A DNA stretch of 64,000 nucleotides from Bacillota bacterium (GTDB lineage: Bacteria; Bacillota; Clostridia; Oscillospirales; Ruminococcaceae). The translations under genes were made by a program, and so were the position numbers. Positions 1 to 8,388 of the stretch are shown in pieces. The DNA lies in contig JAEYNX010000016.1 in NCBI GenBank assembly GCA_023412215.1, forward strand, positions 15,101-79,100, written 5' to 3'. The notes under the pieces were generated by a model. The model saw only the letters and a list, made by a program, of their open reading frames with translations. It was not told the DNA's origin and ran no database searches. Every line of letters starts with the position of its first letter. Position 1 is the first letter of the stretch.

Positions 1-236
1 TCTTTTTGATCAGGCCACAGAAAAAGAAGGAAAAAGAGATTCAGAGGATGCGCAGCAACCTGCAGGTTGGCGACGAGATCGTTACCACCGGCGGCATCAT
101 CGGCCTTGTTGTGAGCATCCGTGAGGATACGGTTGTAATCGAAACGGGCTCCGACAGAAGTAAAATCCGTATCGCGAGATGGGCTATTCAAACCAACAAC
201 ACCGTACATGACAGTGAGGATGCTTCCTCCAAATAG
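1..236 (+). CDS. yajC: Preprotein translocase subunit YajC (5' end outside window)
   Basis: IRPQKK...LQVGDEIVTTGGIIG motif typical of YajC; lies upstream of the SCIFF locus. Confidence 0.93.
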   Translation, partial: FLIRPQKKKEKEIQRMRSNLQVGDEIVTTGGIIGLVVSIREDTVVIETGSDRSKIRIARWAIQTNNTVHDSEDASSK

Positions 237-256
237 CCTTACGGTATCGTAATCAG

Positions 257-285
257 TCATAAATAGTACGACCTCCGAATATCCT
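257..285 (+). promoter_or_regulatory. Putative sigma-E type promoter
   Basis: TCATA-N15-GAATATCCT; same motif precedes spoIIM, spoIIIAA, spoIVFA and yunB in this window. Confidence 0.5.
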
Positions 286-348
286 TTACTAAGGCTTAAT
301 TTGATTTTTATATCAATTAAGTCTGGGATAGTTTGGAGGTCGATTTAT

Positions 349-759
349 TTGAAAGGTATAACGGATAAGCGCGAAGAGCAGAAGAATATAAGGTTAGCAA
401 AGCCGGTAATGGTGGGCACTGGGGTTGTTATGGCAACACTGCTGCTGCTCTCTGTTTTGCTTTCGGTACTGTTTTCAAGCGCCGGCATATCGGCATCCGT
501 CTTTACCCCCGCGGCGGTGTTTATGCTGGTGCTCGCTTTGTTCATCGGCAGCATTTTTGCCGCAAGGCTCTCCAAGGCCAAGGGGTTGCCTGTGGGCATC
601 GCTGTGGGTATTACGGTTTCGGTCATCCTGTTTATCCTGAATCTTATCTTCCTGCATAACGGTTTTGGGTGGTTCTTGCTTGCAAAGCTCGCATTAATCT
701 TGGTTAGCGGAGCGATAGGCGGGATTATCGGTGTTAATTTTTCGAATAAGAGAAAATAA
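349..759 (+). CDS. TIGR04086/YrzE-like four-TM membrane protein
   Basis: Hydrophobic helices, KGL..G and GGIIGVN C-terminal motif; position between yajC and scfA; GGAGGT RBS before TTG at 349. Confidence 0.8.
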   Translation: MKGITDKREEQKNIRLAKPVMVGTGVVMATLLLLSVLLSVLFSSAGISASVFTPAAVFMLVLALFIGSIFAARLSKAKGLPVGIAVGITVSVILFILNLIFLHNGFGWFLLAKLALILVSGAIGGIIGVNFSNKRK

Positions 760-762
760 CAA

Positions 763-791
763 TTGCAACACAATACAAAATATGATAGAAT
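763..791 (+). promoter_or_regulatory. sigma-A promoter of scfA
   Basis: TTGCAA-N17-TAGAAT with extended TG. Confidence 0.6.
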
Positions 792-844
792 GAATTCCTG
801 TAATGAGTATATTCCGGCTTACAGGAATAAGGAGGACGATATCC

Positions 845-991
845 ATGAAACATATTAAAACCTTAAATACCGCAAACCTTAAAAAGAGCACCGCTAAGGG
901 CGGCTGCGGCGAGTGCCAGGCTTCCTGCCAGTCGGCCTGTAAAACATCCTGCACCGTTGCCAACCAGAAGTGCGAGAACGCTAACAAGTAA
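845..991 (+). CDS. scfA: SCIFF (six-cysteine) ranthipeptide precursor, 48 aa
   Basis: MKHIKTLN...GGCGECQASCQSACKTSCTVANQKCE; AGGAGG RBS. Confidence 0.96.
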   Translation: MKHIKTLNTANLKKSTAKGGCGECQASCQSACKTSCTVANQKCENANK

Positions 992-1013
992 GCATTCGAA
1001 AACAATACACATT

Positions 1014-1045
1014 TCAAGGGGCAGATACCTGTCCCTTGATTTTTG
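1014..1045 (+). terminator. Hairpin + U tract between scfA and scfB
   Basis: TCAAGGGGCAG...CTGTCCCTTGA followed by TTTTT. Confidence 0.6.
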
Positions 1046-1087
1046 TTGTTATCATGGTATTAAACCCGAAAGGCAAGGTTTACAAGC

Positions 1088-2455
1088 ATGGAAAATTTCC
1101 TTATTCATAAATATGCCTTAAACGGCTATAACATTGTGCTGGATGTGCACAGCGGTGCGGTACATATCCTTGACGATATCTCCTTTGATCTCCTTGACTA
1201 TCTAAAACCGGGGTTTAGCGAAGATTGCCCTGCCGAAGTGATGGATGCCCTTGGCGGCAGGTACGCAAGCGGGGATATTCAAGAGGCCTATGGTGAGCTG
1301 TATAAGCTTGCCGAGGACGGCGTGCTCTTTTCCTCGGACGACTACGAGCCGTTTAAAGAGATGATGGTCAATTCGCCCATCAAGTCTATGTGCCTGCACA
1401 TTGCCCACGACTGCAACATGCGCTGCAGCTATTGCTTCGCCTCTACGGGCGATTTCGGCAAAGGCCGCAAGCTCATGCCGGCGGAGGTAGGGAAGAAGTC
1501 CGTCGATTTTCTCATCGAACATTCGGGCGCACGCCGGAACTTGGAAGTCGACTTCTTCGGCGGCGAGCCGCTGATGAACTTTGACGTTGTAAAGCAGATC
1601 GTAGAGTATGCGAGAAGCCTTGAAAAACAGCACAATAAGCTGTTCCGCTTTACCATCACCACCAACGGGCTGCTGCTGGACGATGATAAAATCGATTATA
1701 TCAACAAAGAAATGTACAACGTCGTGCTTTCCATCGACGGCCGCAGGGAGGTCAACGACCGTGTTAGAAAGTGTGTAAACGGTGCCGGAAGTTACGACAT
1801 CATTGTCCCGAAATTCCGCAAGCTGGTTGAGAAGCGGGGCGACGGGCAGTACTATGTGCGCGGCACCTTTACCAAGTTTAACGAGGATTTTGCAAATGAT
1901 GTGCTGGAGCTGAAGCGCCTTGGGTTTGAGCAGATTTCGGTGGAGCCGGTGGTTTCCGACCTAGCAAACGACTATGCGATTACCGAGAAGGAACTGCCGC
2001 ATGTGTTTGCCGAATATGAGCGGCTGGCAACGCTTTTACTGGACCTCAAGGCTAAAAAAGAAGGCGTAAACTTCTTTCACTTTATGATCGACCTTGAGCA
2101 AGGCCCCTGCGCCATCAAACGTCTGCGCGGCTGCGGCTGCGGCAACGAGTATGTTGCGGTGACGCCGGACGGCGACATCTACCCCTGCCATCAGTTTGTA
2201 GGGATGGAGGAGTGGAAGATGGGCAGTGTGATGGATAACAGTATAAACGCGGACAAGAAGAACGATTTTGCGCGCGCGAACATCTACGGCAAGCAGGAGT
2301 GCAGGGAATGCTGGGCAAAGTTCTACTGCTCCGGCGGATGCAACGCAAACAATGTGCAGTATAGGGGAGACATCCTCAAGCCGCACAGAATCTCCTGCGA
2401 GCTTGAAAAGAAGCGTTTAGAGTGCGCTATTATGATGAAGGCGGCTCAACTCTAA
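1088..2455 (+). CDS. scfB: Thioether-forming radical SAM/SPASM maturase (SCIFF system)
   Basis: CNMRCSYC radical SAM motif, FFGGEPL, Cys-rich SPASM C-terminus; adjacent to scfA. Confidence 0.95.
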   Translation: MENFLIHKYALNGYNIVLDVHSGAVHILDDISFDLLDYLKPGFSEDCPAEVMDALGGRYASGDIQEAYGELYKLAEDGVLFSSDDYEPFKEMMVNSPIKSMCLHIAHDCNMRCSYCFASTGDFGKGRKLMPAEVGKKSVDFLIEHSGARRNLEVDFFGGEPLMNFDVVKQIVEYARSLEKQHNKLFRFTITTNGLLLDDDKIDYINKEMYNVVLSIDGRREVNDRVRKCVNGAGSYDIIVPKFRKLVEKRGDGQYYVRGTFTKFNEDFANDVLELKRLGFEQISVEPVVSDLANDYAITEKELPHVFAEYERLATLLLDLKAKKEGVNFFHFMIDLEQGPCAIKRLRGCGCGNEYVAVTPDGDIYPCHQFVGMEEWKMGSVMDNSINADKKNDFARANIYGKQECRECWAKFYCSGGCNANNVQYRGDILKPHRISCELEKKRLECAIMMKAAQL

Positions 2456-2486
2456 GGCACACCGCATTATACATAAAAATGTATAA

Positions 2487-2523
2487 ATAACCGGCCCCAA
2501 AACAGGGCCGGTTATCGTTTTTT
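2487..2523 (+). terminator. Intrinsic terminator after scfB
   Basis: ATAACCGGCCC / GGGCCGGTTAT stem with a T run shortly after. Confidence 0.7.
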
Positions 2524-2526
2524 AGA

Positions 2527-2587
2527 GGTAAACATAATCATGTTTACATAATATTTGTAACTGTACATAATTGGTTTTACATAATTT
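2527..2587. repeat. Two tandem 33-bp-period units containing four ACATAAT motifs (dif/XerD-arm-like)
   Basis: GGTAAACATAA-TCATGT-TTACATAATAT and ACTGTACATAA-TTGGTT-TTACATAATTT. Confidence 0.5.
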
Positions 2588-2713
2588 TTGATATTTGCAA
2601 CAAATCTATATTAATATTATGATTTTTGTTGAATATTCAATTAGAATGTATTATATTAAATTATAGAATATAGTATATTAATATTTAAGCATGGGTTAGG
2701 AGAATTGACGTAG

Positions 2714-3523
2714 ATGTCTAACAGATACGACGTAGGTTTTATCGGGCTTGGCAATATGGCTTCAGCCATCATCAGCGGCATCTTGGCAAAGGAGGTCGTA
2801 AGCCCCTCCAATATCTGTGCCTATGATGTTTCTAAAGAGAAATGTGCTTTTTTTGCCGAAAAAGGCATTGCTGTTGCCGCGGATGAAAAAACGGTGGCTG
2901 CACAGTGTAGGTACGTGTTTTTGTGTGTAAAGCCGCAGGTCATGGGGGACGTGTTAGCCGCCCTTAAACCTGGCGCGGGTGAACATAATGTATTTGTTTC
3001 TATTGCGGCCGGTATTGGTGCCGGTTACATTAAAAATCAGCTTGGCTTCGACTGCAAGCTGATTCTGGTAATGCCCAATACCCCCCTGATGCTTGGGGAG
3101 GGCGCCTCTGCTCTCGCCTGCATTCCACCCACCGGCAGCGAAGAATTTTTATTTGTAAAAAGCATCTTTGCCGCGGCCGGTATCAGTGAAGAGGTCCCCG
3201 CCGACAAGCTGTGCGAGGTAATCCCCGTAAACGGCAGCAGCCCGGCGTTTATCTATCTGTTTGCCAAGATCGTTGCAGATTTCTCAAAGGAGCAGGGTAT
3301 CGACTACGCGGTTGCGCTGCGTCTCTTTGCTCAAACGCTCATCGGCAGCGCCAAAATGCTGACCGAAAGCAATCTGACGCCCGACGAGCTGATTAAGATG
3401 GTTTCTTCGCCCGGCGGCACTACCGTAAAAGCGCTGGCCACCTTTGAAGAATACGGCTTTGAAAACACAGTGCGCGCGGCGATGCGCTCCTGCATCGACA
3501 GAGCATACGAGCTCGGTAAATAA
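2714..3523 (+). CDS. proC: Pyrroline-5-carboxylate reductase
   Basis: GFIGLGNMA Rossmann motif, VKPQ, MPNTP, GSSPAF, SSPGGTT. Confidence 0.96.
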   Translation: MSNRYDVGFIGLGNMASAIISGILAKEVVSPSNICAYDVSKEKCAFFAEKGIAVAADEKTVAAQCRYVFLCVKPQVMGDVLAALKPGAGEHNVFVSIAAGIGAGYIKNQLGFDCKLILVMPNTPLMLGEGASALACIPPTGSEEFLFVKSIFAAAGISEEVPADKLCEVIPVNGSSPAFIYLFAKIVADFSKEQGIDYAVALRLFAQTLIGSAKMLTESNLTPDELIKMVSSPGGTTVKALATFEEYGFENTVRAAMRSCIDRAYELGK

Positions 3524-3552
3524 TTCTAAAAACCCCTTGTCCTGAATACTTA
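3524..3552 (+). promoter_or_regulatory. Putative sigma-E promoter of spoIIM
   Basis: TTCTA-N15-GAATACTT. Confidence 0.5.
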
Positions 3553-3586
3553 TGTACCATAAAGGTTCAGAAAAGGGGAATTAAAA

Positions 3587-4231
3587 TTGAGAAGGACAAC
3601 CATAAACAGTATACACAGCGGCCGTACGCACGTACTTGCCGCCATCCGCTTTATAGCCAACAACCGGCTTGTTTATGGGATGCTCGGGCTCTACATATTC
3701 GGTGTGTTTCTTGGCTCTCTGGCCGTTAAGTATGGCAGCGAGCCTATCGTGGGGGAGCTGGGGGGCATTTTATCCGGCTATATCGGGCAGCGCGCGGATC
3801 AAACCTTTCTGCCTGCCTTTTTATCCTCCTTCACCATGAACTTTCTCGTGCTTTTTTTAGTGTTCTTTTTGGGGTTTTGCGCGATTGCACCGCCGGTTAT
3901 CCTGTTCATTGCAGTGGGCAAGGGGGTTAGTGTAGGCGTGGCCATCGGCTACCTGTATGCCAGCACCGGCTCCACGGGGATGTGGTATGCCGTTCAAAAC
4001 CTTGTGCCGGTGTCTCTTATCGCTTCCTTTGCAACCATTCTGGCCTGCGCCAGTTCCTATAAGCTCTCCTGCATATATTTCTCGATGTTTTCGCATAAGC
4101 AGGCGGAAAACTCCGTCTCAGACGCGGCGGAGGCTTATCTTACAAGGTATGTCGTGTACACCATTCTCATCTTCGTTTCAGCCCTGGTAGACGGGTTATG
4201 CTGTACCGTTTTCGGCGGCATTTCACCATAG
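3587..4231 (+). CDS. spoIIM: Stage II sporulation protein M-like membrane protein
   Basis: Five-TM topology, KG..G motif; position immediately upstream of xerD. Confidence 0.7.
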   Translation: MRRTTINSIHSGRTHVLAAIRFIANNRLVYGMLGLYIFGVFLGSLAVKYGSEPIVGELGGILSGYIGQRADQTFLPAFLSSFTMNFLVLFLVFFLGFCAIAPPVILFIAVGKGVSVGVAIGYLYASTGSTGMWYAVQNLVPVSLIASFATILACASSYKLSCIYFSMFSHKQAENSVSDAAEAYLTRYVVYTILIFVSALVDGLCCTVFGGISP

Positions 4232-4351
4232 ATTTGTTTGTGGTTTTGTAGTCTTTTTGGTCTTGCCATTATTACTGTGCATGGCAAGTACCCAATGAAA
4301 GCGTTGGTTTTATAATTTTAGCCTGCGCACAGCGGCAGAACGGACGAGAAA

Positions 4352-5236
4352 ATGACACAGTTTGTAAAGAGCTTTGAAGGGTATCTGCTAAACAGCAAGG
4401 ATGTTTCTGAAAACACGCTGGAGTCGTACCTCCGGGATGTGAACGCCTTTGTGATCTACGCTGCAGGGGAGGGGGTACTGCAGCCATCCGAGGTCACCAA
4501 CGAGTGCATCGCTGATTATGTGGAGCATTTAAAGGCGCTGAATAAAAGCAACTCCACCATCACCAGGAGCATTGCTTCGTTGCGCTCATTTTTCCAATAT
4601 CTTGTCTTAAACGGATATGCTACCGGCAACCCTGCCAGAAGTATTAAGCTTGAAAAGGTAGAGAAGAAGCTGCCAAGCATCCTTACCGACCACGAGATCG
4701 ACCAGTTGCTGAAAAGCCCCAACGCCAACGAGCCCAAGGGCTGTCGCGATAAGGCCATGCTCGAGCTTTTGTATGCGACCGGCATACGGGTGTCTGAGCT
4801 GGTTTCGCTCAATATACAGGACATCAACCTGAATGTCGGCTTTTTAAACTGCCGCAACGGCAGAGCGAGCCGCATTATACCCATCTACCCGGAAGCGCTG
4901 AAATCTCTCAACGAATATATCTATCGTGTACGTATCGCGATTGTGCCGGACAACGATTTTGATGCATTATTTATTAATTTAAACGGCAGTAGGTTGACTA
5001 GACAGGGATTTTGGAAGATAATAAAAACATACGCCGAAAAGGCGAATATTAAAACAGAGATTACGCCACACACATTGCGGCATTCCTTTGCAGCGCATCT
5101 GTTGGAAAACGGCGCTCAGCTCAAAGACATCAAAGAGATGCTTGGTCATGCCGATATTTCTTCCACACAGGTTTATGCCCAGATTATGAAGAATAAGTTT
5201 AAGGATGTTTACAACCGGTGTCACCCGCGTGCGTAA
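4352..5236 (+). CDS. xerD: Site-specific tyrosine recombinase XerD
   Basis: RDKAMLELLYATGIRVSEL, LTRQGFWKIIK, TPHTLRHSFAAH, LGHADISSTQVY, HPRA C-terminus. Confidence 0.93.
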   Translation: MTQFVKSFEGYLLNSKDVSENTLESYLRDVNAFVIYAAGEGVLQPSEVTNECIADYVEHLKALNKSNSTITRSIASLRSFFQYLVLNGYATGNPARSIKLEKVEKKLPSILTDHEIDQLLKSPNANEPKGCRDKAMLELLYATGIRVSELVSLNIQDINLNVGFLNCRNGRASRIIPIYPEALKSLNEYIYRVRIAIVPDNDFDALFINLNGSRLTRQGFWKIIKTYAEKANIKTEITPHTLRHSFAAHLLENGAQLKDIKEMLGHADISSTQVYAQIMKNKFKDVYNRCHPRA

Positions 5237-5259
5237 TACTCGTGAAGGAGCTGTAGATT

Positions 5260-6129
5260 TTGGGTTTTTTAGGCATAGGGAACTACTCAAAACCTGGCAA
5301 GGGCGTTTCGAAAAACGCGCCCGAAAAGAAGCGATTCTTTCTTTTCTTTGATATTCTTTTCAGAAAGTTTTGGAAAATTATTCAGGTTAATCTGCTTTAC
5401 CTCGTAGCCTTTATTCCGCTCATATTGGCCATGTTTTTTGTTTTCCCGCTGTTTAACGGCGCATTGCCGTATAAGATTCTGGCGGGCCTAGGCACTGCGG
5501 TTGCCGCTATTCCGATTGGGCCTGCCACCACCGGGCTCACCTATATCTTAAGGAACTACGCGAGGGAACAGCACGCCTTTATGCTCTCCGATTTCTGGGA
5601 TGCCGTAAAAAATAACTGGAAGCAGTCTGTTCCAACAGGCATCATCATGATACTGCTTGGCATTATTGTTTATTTCTCGGCGTCGTTTTACTTCCTGAAC
5701 ATCTCCGGTTCAACACTGTTTACGGTAATGTTCGGCATCACCATTGCGGTGGCTTTAATACTGCTTTTCGCCTCCTATTACGTATACCTGCTGATTGTAA
5801 CGGTAGACCTTAAACTCAGCCAGCTATACAAAAACTCGCTGATACTTGCTGTGCTGGGGCTTAAGACTAACCTTATTACAACCTTCTTTGTTGCGCTTAT
5901 CCTTGTGCCGGTAATACTGTTTTTCCCGATCTCGCTAATACTGGTGCTATTGATTGTACCGGCACTGGTCGGTTTGATTGTAAACTTTAATTCATTCCAA
6001 TATATCAAGAAGTATTGCATCGATCCGTACTATGACAAGCTAAAGGAAGAAAGCCCGGATACCGAGGAAGAAAAGTCCGATGACGCACCCGTATTCTCGG
6101 ATGAAACCTTGGACAGCAAAAAAGATTAA
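5260..6129 (+). CDS. DUF624/YesL-like membrane protein
   Basis: KPGKGVSK N-terminus, GPATTGL, DFWDAVKNNWKQ, multiple TM helices. Confidence 0.7.
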   Translation: MGFLGIGNYSKPGKGVSKNAPEKKRFFLFFDILFRKFWKIIQVNLLYLVAFIPLILAMFFVFPLFNGALPYKILAGLGTAVAAIPIGPATTGLTYILRNYAREQHAFMLSDFWDAVKNNWKQSVPTGIIMILLGIIVYFSASFYFLNISGSTLFTVMFGITIAVALILLFASYYVYLLIVTVDLKLSQLYKNSLILAVLGLKTNLITTFFVALILVPVILFFPISLILVLLIVPALVGLIVNFNSFQYIKKYCIDPYYDKLKEESPDTEEEKSDDAPVFSDETLDSKKD

Positions 6130-6145
6130 AGAAACCTAGCATTTG

Positions 6146-6200
6146 AAAATCCCACAGTGGGCAGAGTCAGTGACCTGCCCACTGTGGGATTTTTATTTTT
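6146..6200 (+). terminator. Strong intrinsic terminator
   Basis: 19-bp perfect stem AAAATCCCACAGTGGGCAG / CTGCCCACTGTGGGATTTT followed by T-rich tract. Confidence 0.85.
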
Positions 6201-6384
6201 TGTTCTGCTTTGGGTAAATAAGATGATGGCGGATTGATTAAAATTATCGTACCTTCTACAAATTATTACATAATATTGACGTGCTTTTAATATTTTATTC
6301 GCAGTTGGTTTCGTATAATAAAAAGAAGGAGGCAAGTAATTAATTTAGGCCAAGCATAATTATTTTTATTTTGGAGGCACTCGA

Positions 6385-7758
6385 ATGCAACAAAAAACCG
6401 GAAACAGAAAAAATTATGTGCTGGATACCAATGTACTGCTTCATGACCCGGGATGCATCTACAATTTCAAGGGTAACAATGTCATACTGCCCATGGTTGT
6501 ACTCGAAGAAATCGACTCCCTGAAATCCAGGGAAGGGCTCTGCGGATGCCAGGCAAGGCAGGCGGCGCGCGAACTTTCCAAGATGGTAGAGGGCAAGGCT
6601 CAGCAAAGCATTCAGAGTGGAATAACACTAAAAGACAATATTGTAATCAAGGTGGAACTGAACGGCTATCATAATTTAACAGAGATTACGGATGAGCTTG
6701 ACCTTAAGAAAAACGATAACCGGATTCTGCTGACAACGCTCAGCATTAAAAAAAAGAACCTAGACCTTCCAACCATCCTCGTCTCTAAGGATATTTGCAT
6801 GAGGCTCAAGGCCGAAGCCTTCGGCATTGAAGCGGAGGATTACGAGACGGACAGAATCGCGCTGGATGATCTGTACCGGGGCTATGCAACGGCAACGCTA
6901 TCCTCAACGGATATCGACCAGATTTTTGATTCGGGTTTGGATTGCCCCAAGAAGATTAAGCTTTTTCCGAACCAGTTTCTGCTGGTGCATGCAAAGGATG
7001 ATCCGGCCCGTTCGGTTGTTGTCCGGTTCGACGGCGAAAGGTTGGTACCGCTTCAGTATGAAGGCAGGGCTGCCTGGGGGCTTTCGCCCATGAACCTTGA
7101 GCAGAAGATGGCATTTGAATTGATGATGGATGATAACGTAAAATTTGTCTCCGTCACAGGGGGTGCTGGGTCTGGTAAAACCATTCTTGCAACCGCGGTT
7201 GCACTGGAAAAGGTGATAGAACAACATATATACCGAAAGATTGTATTTGTCCGCCCAATCGTACCTGCAGGGGATGATATCGGGTTTCTGCCGGGAAACG
7301 AGGAGGAAAAACTTCGTCCGTGGATGGGCAGCTTCTACGATGCCTTTGAAAATCTGATGTATTTCGGGCGAAACCGTAAGCCCAGAAAAAACTATTCGGA
7401 GGATACCTCTATTGATGCCTTTATAGACAATCTAAAGTGTAACGGTGTCATTGATATGAAGACCTTTACATACATGCGCGGCAGGACGCTGGCTGACGCC
7501 ATCGTTATTGTGGATGAAGCGCAGGAAACCACACCTCACATCGCCAAACTGATGCTGACAAGAGCCGGACAAAACTCCAAATTCATCTTTATCGGTGATC
7601 CGACTGATAATCAAATTGACAATGTGCTGGTGGATTCGCATTCCAATGGTCTGGTATATCTGGTTGAGAAGCTAAAAGAATCGACGCTAACAGGCCATAT
7701 AACGCTCAGCCAAGTGGAGCGCAGCCCACTGGCAAGGCTCGCCGAAAAGGCGCTCTGA
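6385..7758 (+). CDS. PIN domain + PhoH-family ATPase (PhoH2/YlaK type)
   Basis: YVLDTNVLLHDP PIN start, NDNRIL, GGAGSGKT P-loop, GFLPG, MRGRT, DEAQ, GDPTDNQID. Confidence 0.9.
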   Translation: MQQKTGNRKNYVLDTNVLLHDPGCIYNFKGNNVILPMVVLEEIDSLKSREGLCGCQARQAARELSKMVEGKAQQSIQSGITLKDNIVIKVELNGYHNLTEITDELDLKKNDNRILLTTLSIKKKNLDLPTILVSKDICMRLKAEAFGIEAEDYETDRIALDDLYRGYATATLSSTDIDQIFDSGLDCPKKIKLFPNQFLLVHAKDDPARSVVVRFDGERLVPLQYEGRAAWGLSPMNLEQKMAFELMMDDNVKFVSVTGGAGSGKTILATAVALEKVIEQHIYRKIVFVRPIVPAGDDIGFLPGNEEEKLRPWMGSFYDAFENLMYFGRNRKPRKNYSEDTSIDAFIDNLKCNGVIDMKTFTYMRGRTLADAIVIVDEAQETTPHIAKLMLTRAGQNSKFIFIGDPTDNQIDNVLVDSHSNGLVYLVEKLKESTLTGHITLSQVERSPLARLAEKAL

Positions 7759-7828
7759 TTTATTATTACACCGCAAAACTGAAACTTGCGTAAATCAAGA
7801 TTTTAGGTAAGCAAAAGGTAGGGAAGAT

Positions 7829-7901
7829 CACTGCACCCCCAAAGTTAAACAGTATGATTGCTGTAAATAACTTTGGGGGTGTTTTTATGTCTAAACGATA
7901 A
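7829..7901 (+). mobile_element. Probable IS3-family (IS150-type) left-end remnant; may also act as terminator
   Basis: CTGCACCCCCAAAGTTA...TAACTTTGGGGGTGTTTTTATG, then ATG-TCT-AAA-CGA-TAA; no transposase follows. Confidence 0.55.
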
Positions 7902-8208
7902 TATATTTCACAAAATAAAAGTGGGGGATTCTTTAAAGAGAATGTTTATACTGCTCAACATTATTGTGTTGAGTACAATAATGGATGGCGGGTTGTTTAT
8001 TATGAATGATAGAATGAGCTTATAAACTTTAATCATAAAGAGTGATATTATAATAGTTATTAGAATTATAAGAAAGGTAGGAGGTATTAATCACTTCATT
8101 TTAAGTTGTTTTTAGTTCACAGCGTACACTGAAAGCTATTACCGACTTAAATGAATCGGGTTAAAGTGATGGGCAGAGGTGCTTGTAAGGCTAGGATGAT
8201 CGTTCCTA

Positions 8209-8232
8209 ATTTTTTACTACATTTTTTACTAC
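8209..8232. repeat. Perfect 12-bp tandem direct repeat
   Basis: ATTTTTTACTAC x2. Confidence 0.8.
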
Positions 8233-8234
8233 AT

Positions 8235-8262
8235 ATTGCACTAAATAAAAATTTAGTGCGAT
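8235..8262. other. Candidate symmetric dif-like recombination site (11-6-11)
   Basis: ATTGCACTAAA-TAAAAA-TTTAGTGCGAT; arms inverted 10/11; ~130 bp upstream of a Xer recombinase. Confidence 0.45.
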
Positions 8263-8388
8263 TAAGGGGATAGGCTTTGCTAAAATCACCCTGCATAGTA
8301 TACGCATTACGCATATTGATTTCATGGCTTTTTAAGGTGTATAATTAGATTGATTCAAATAATGACATCAGGCTTTATGGAGTTTATT

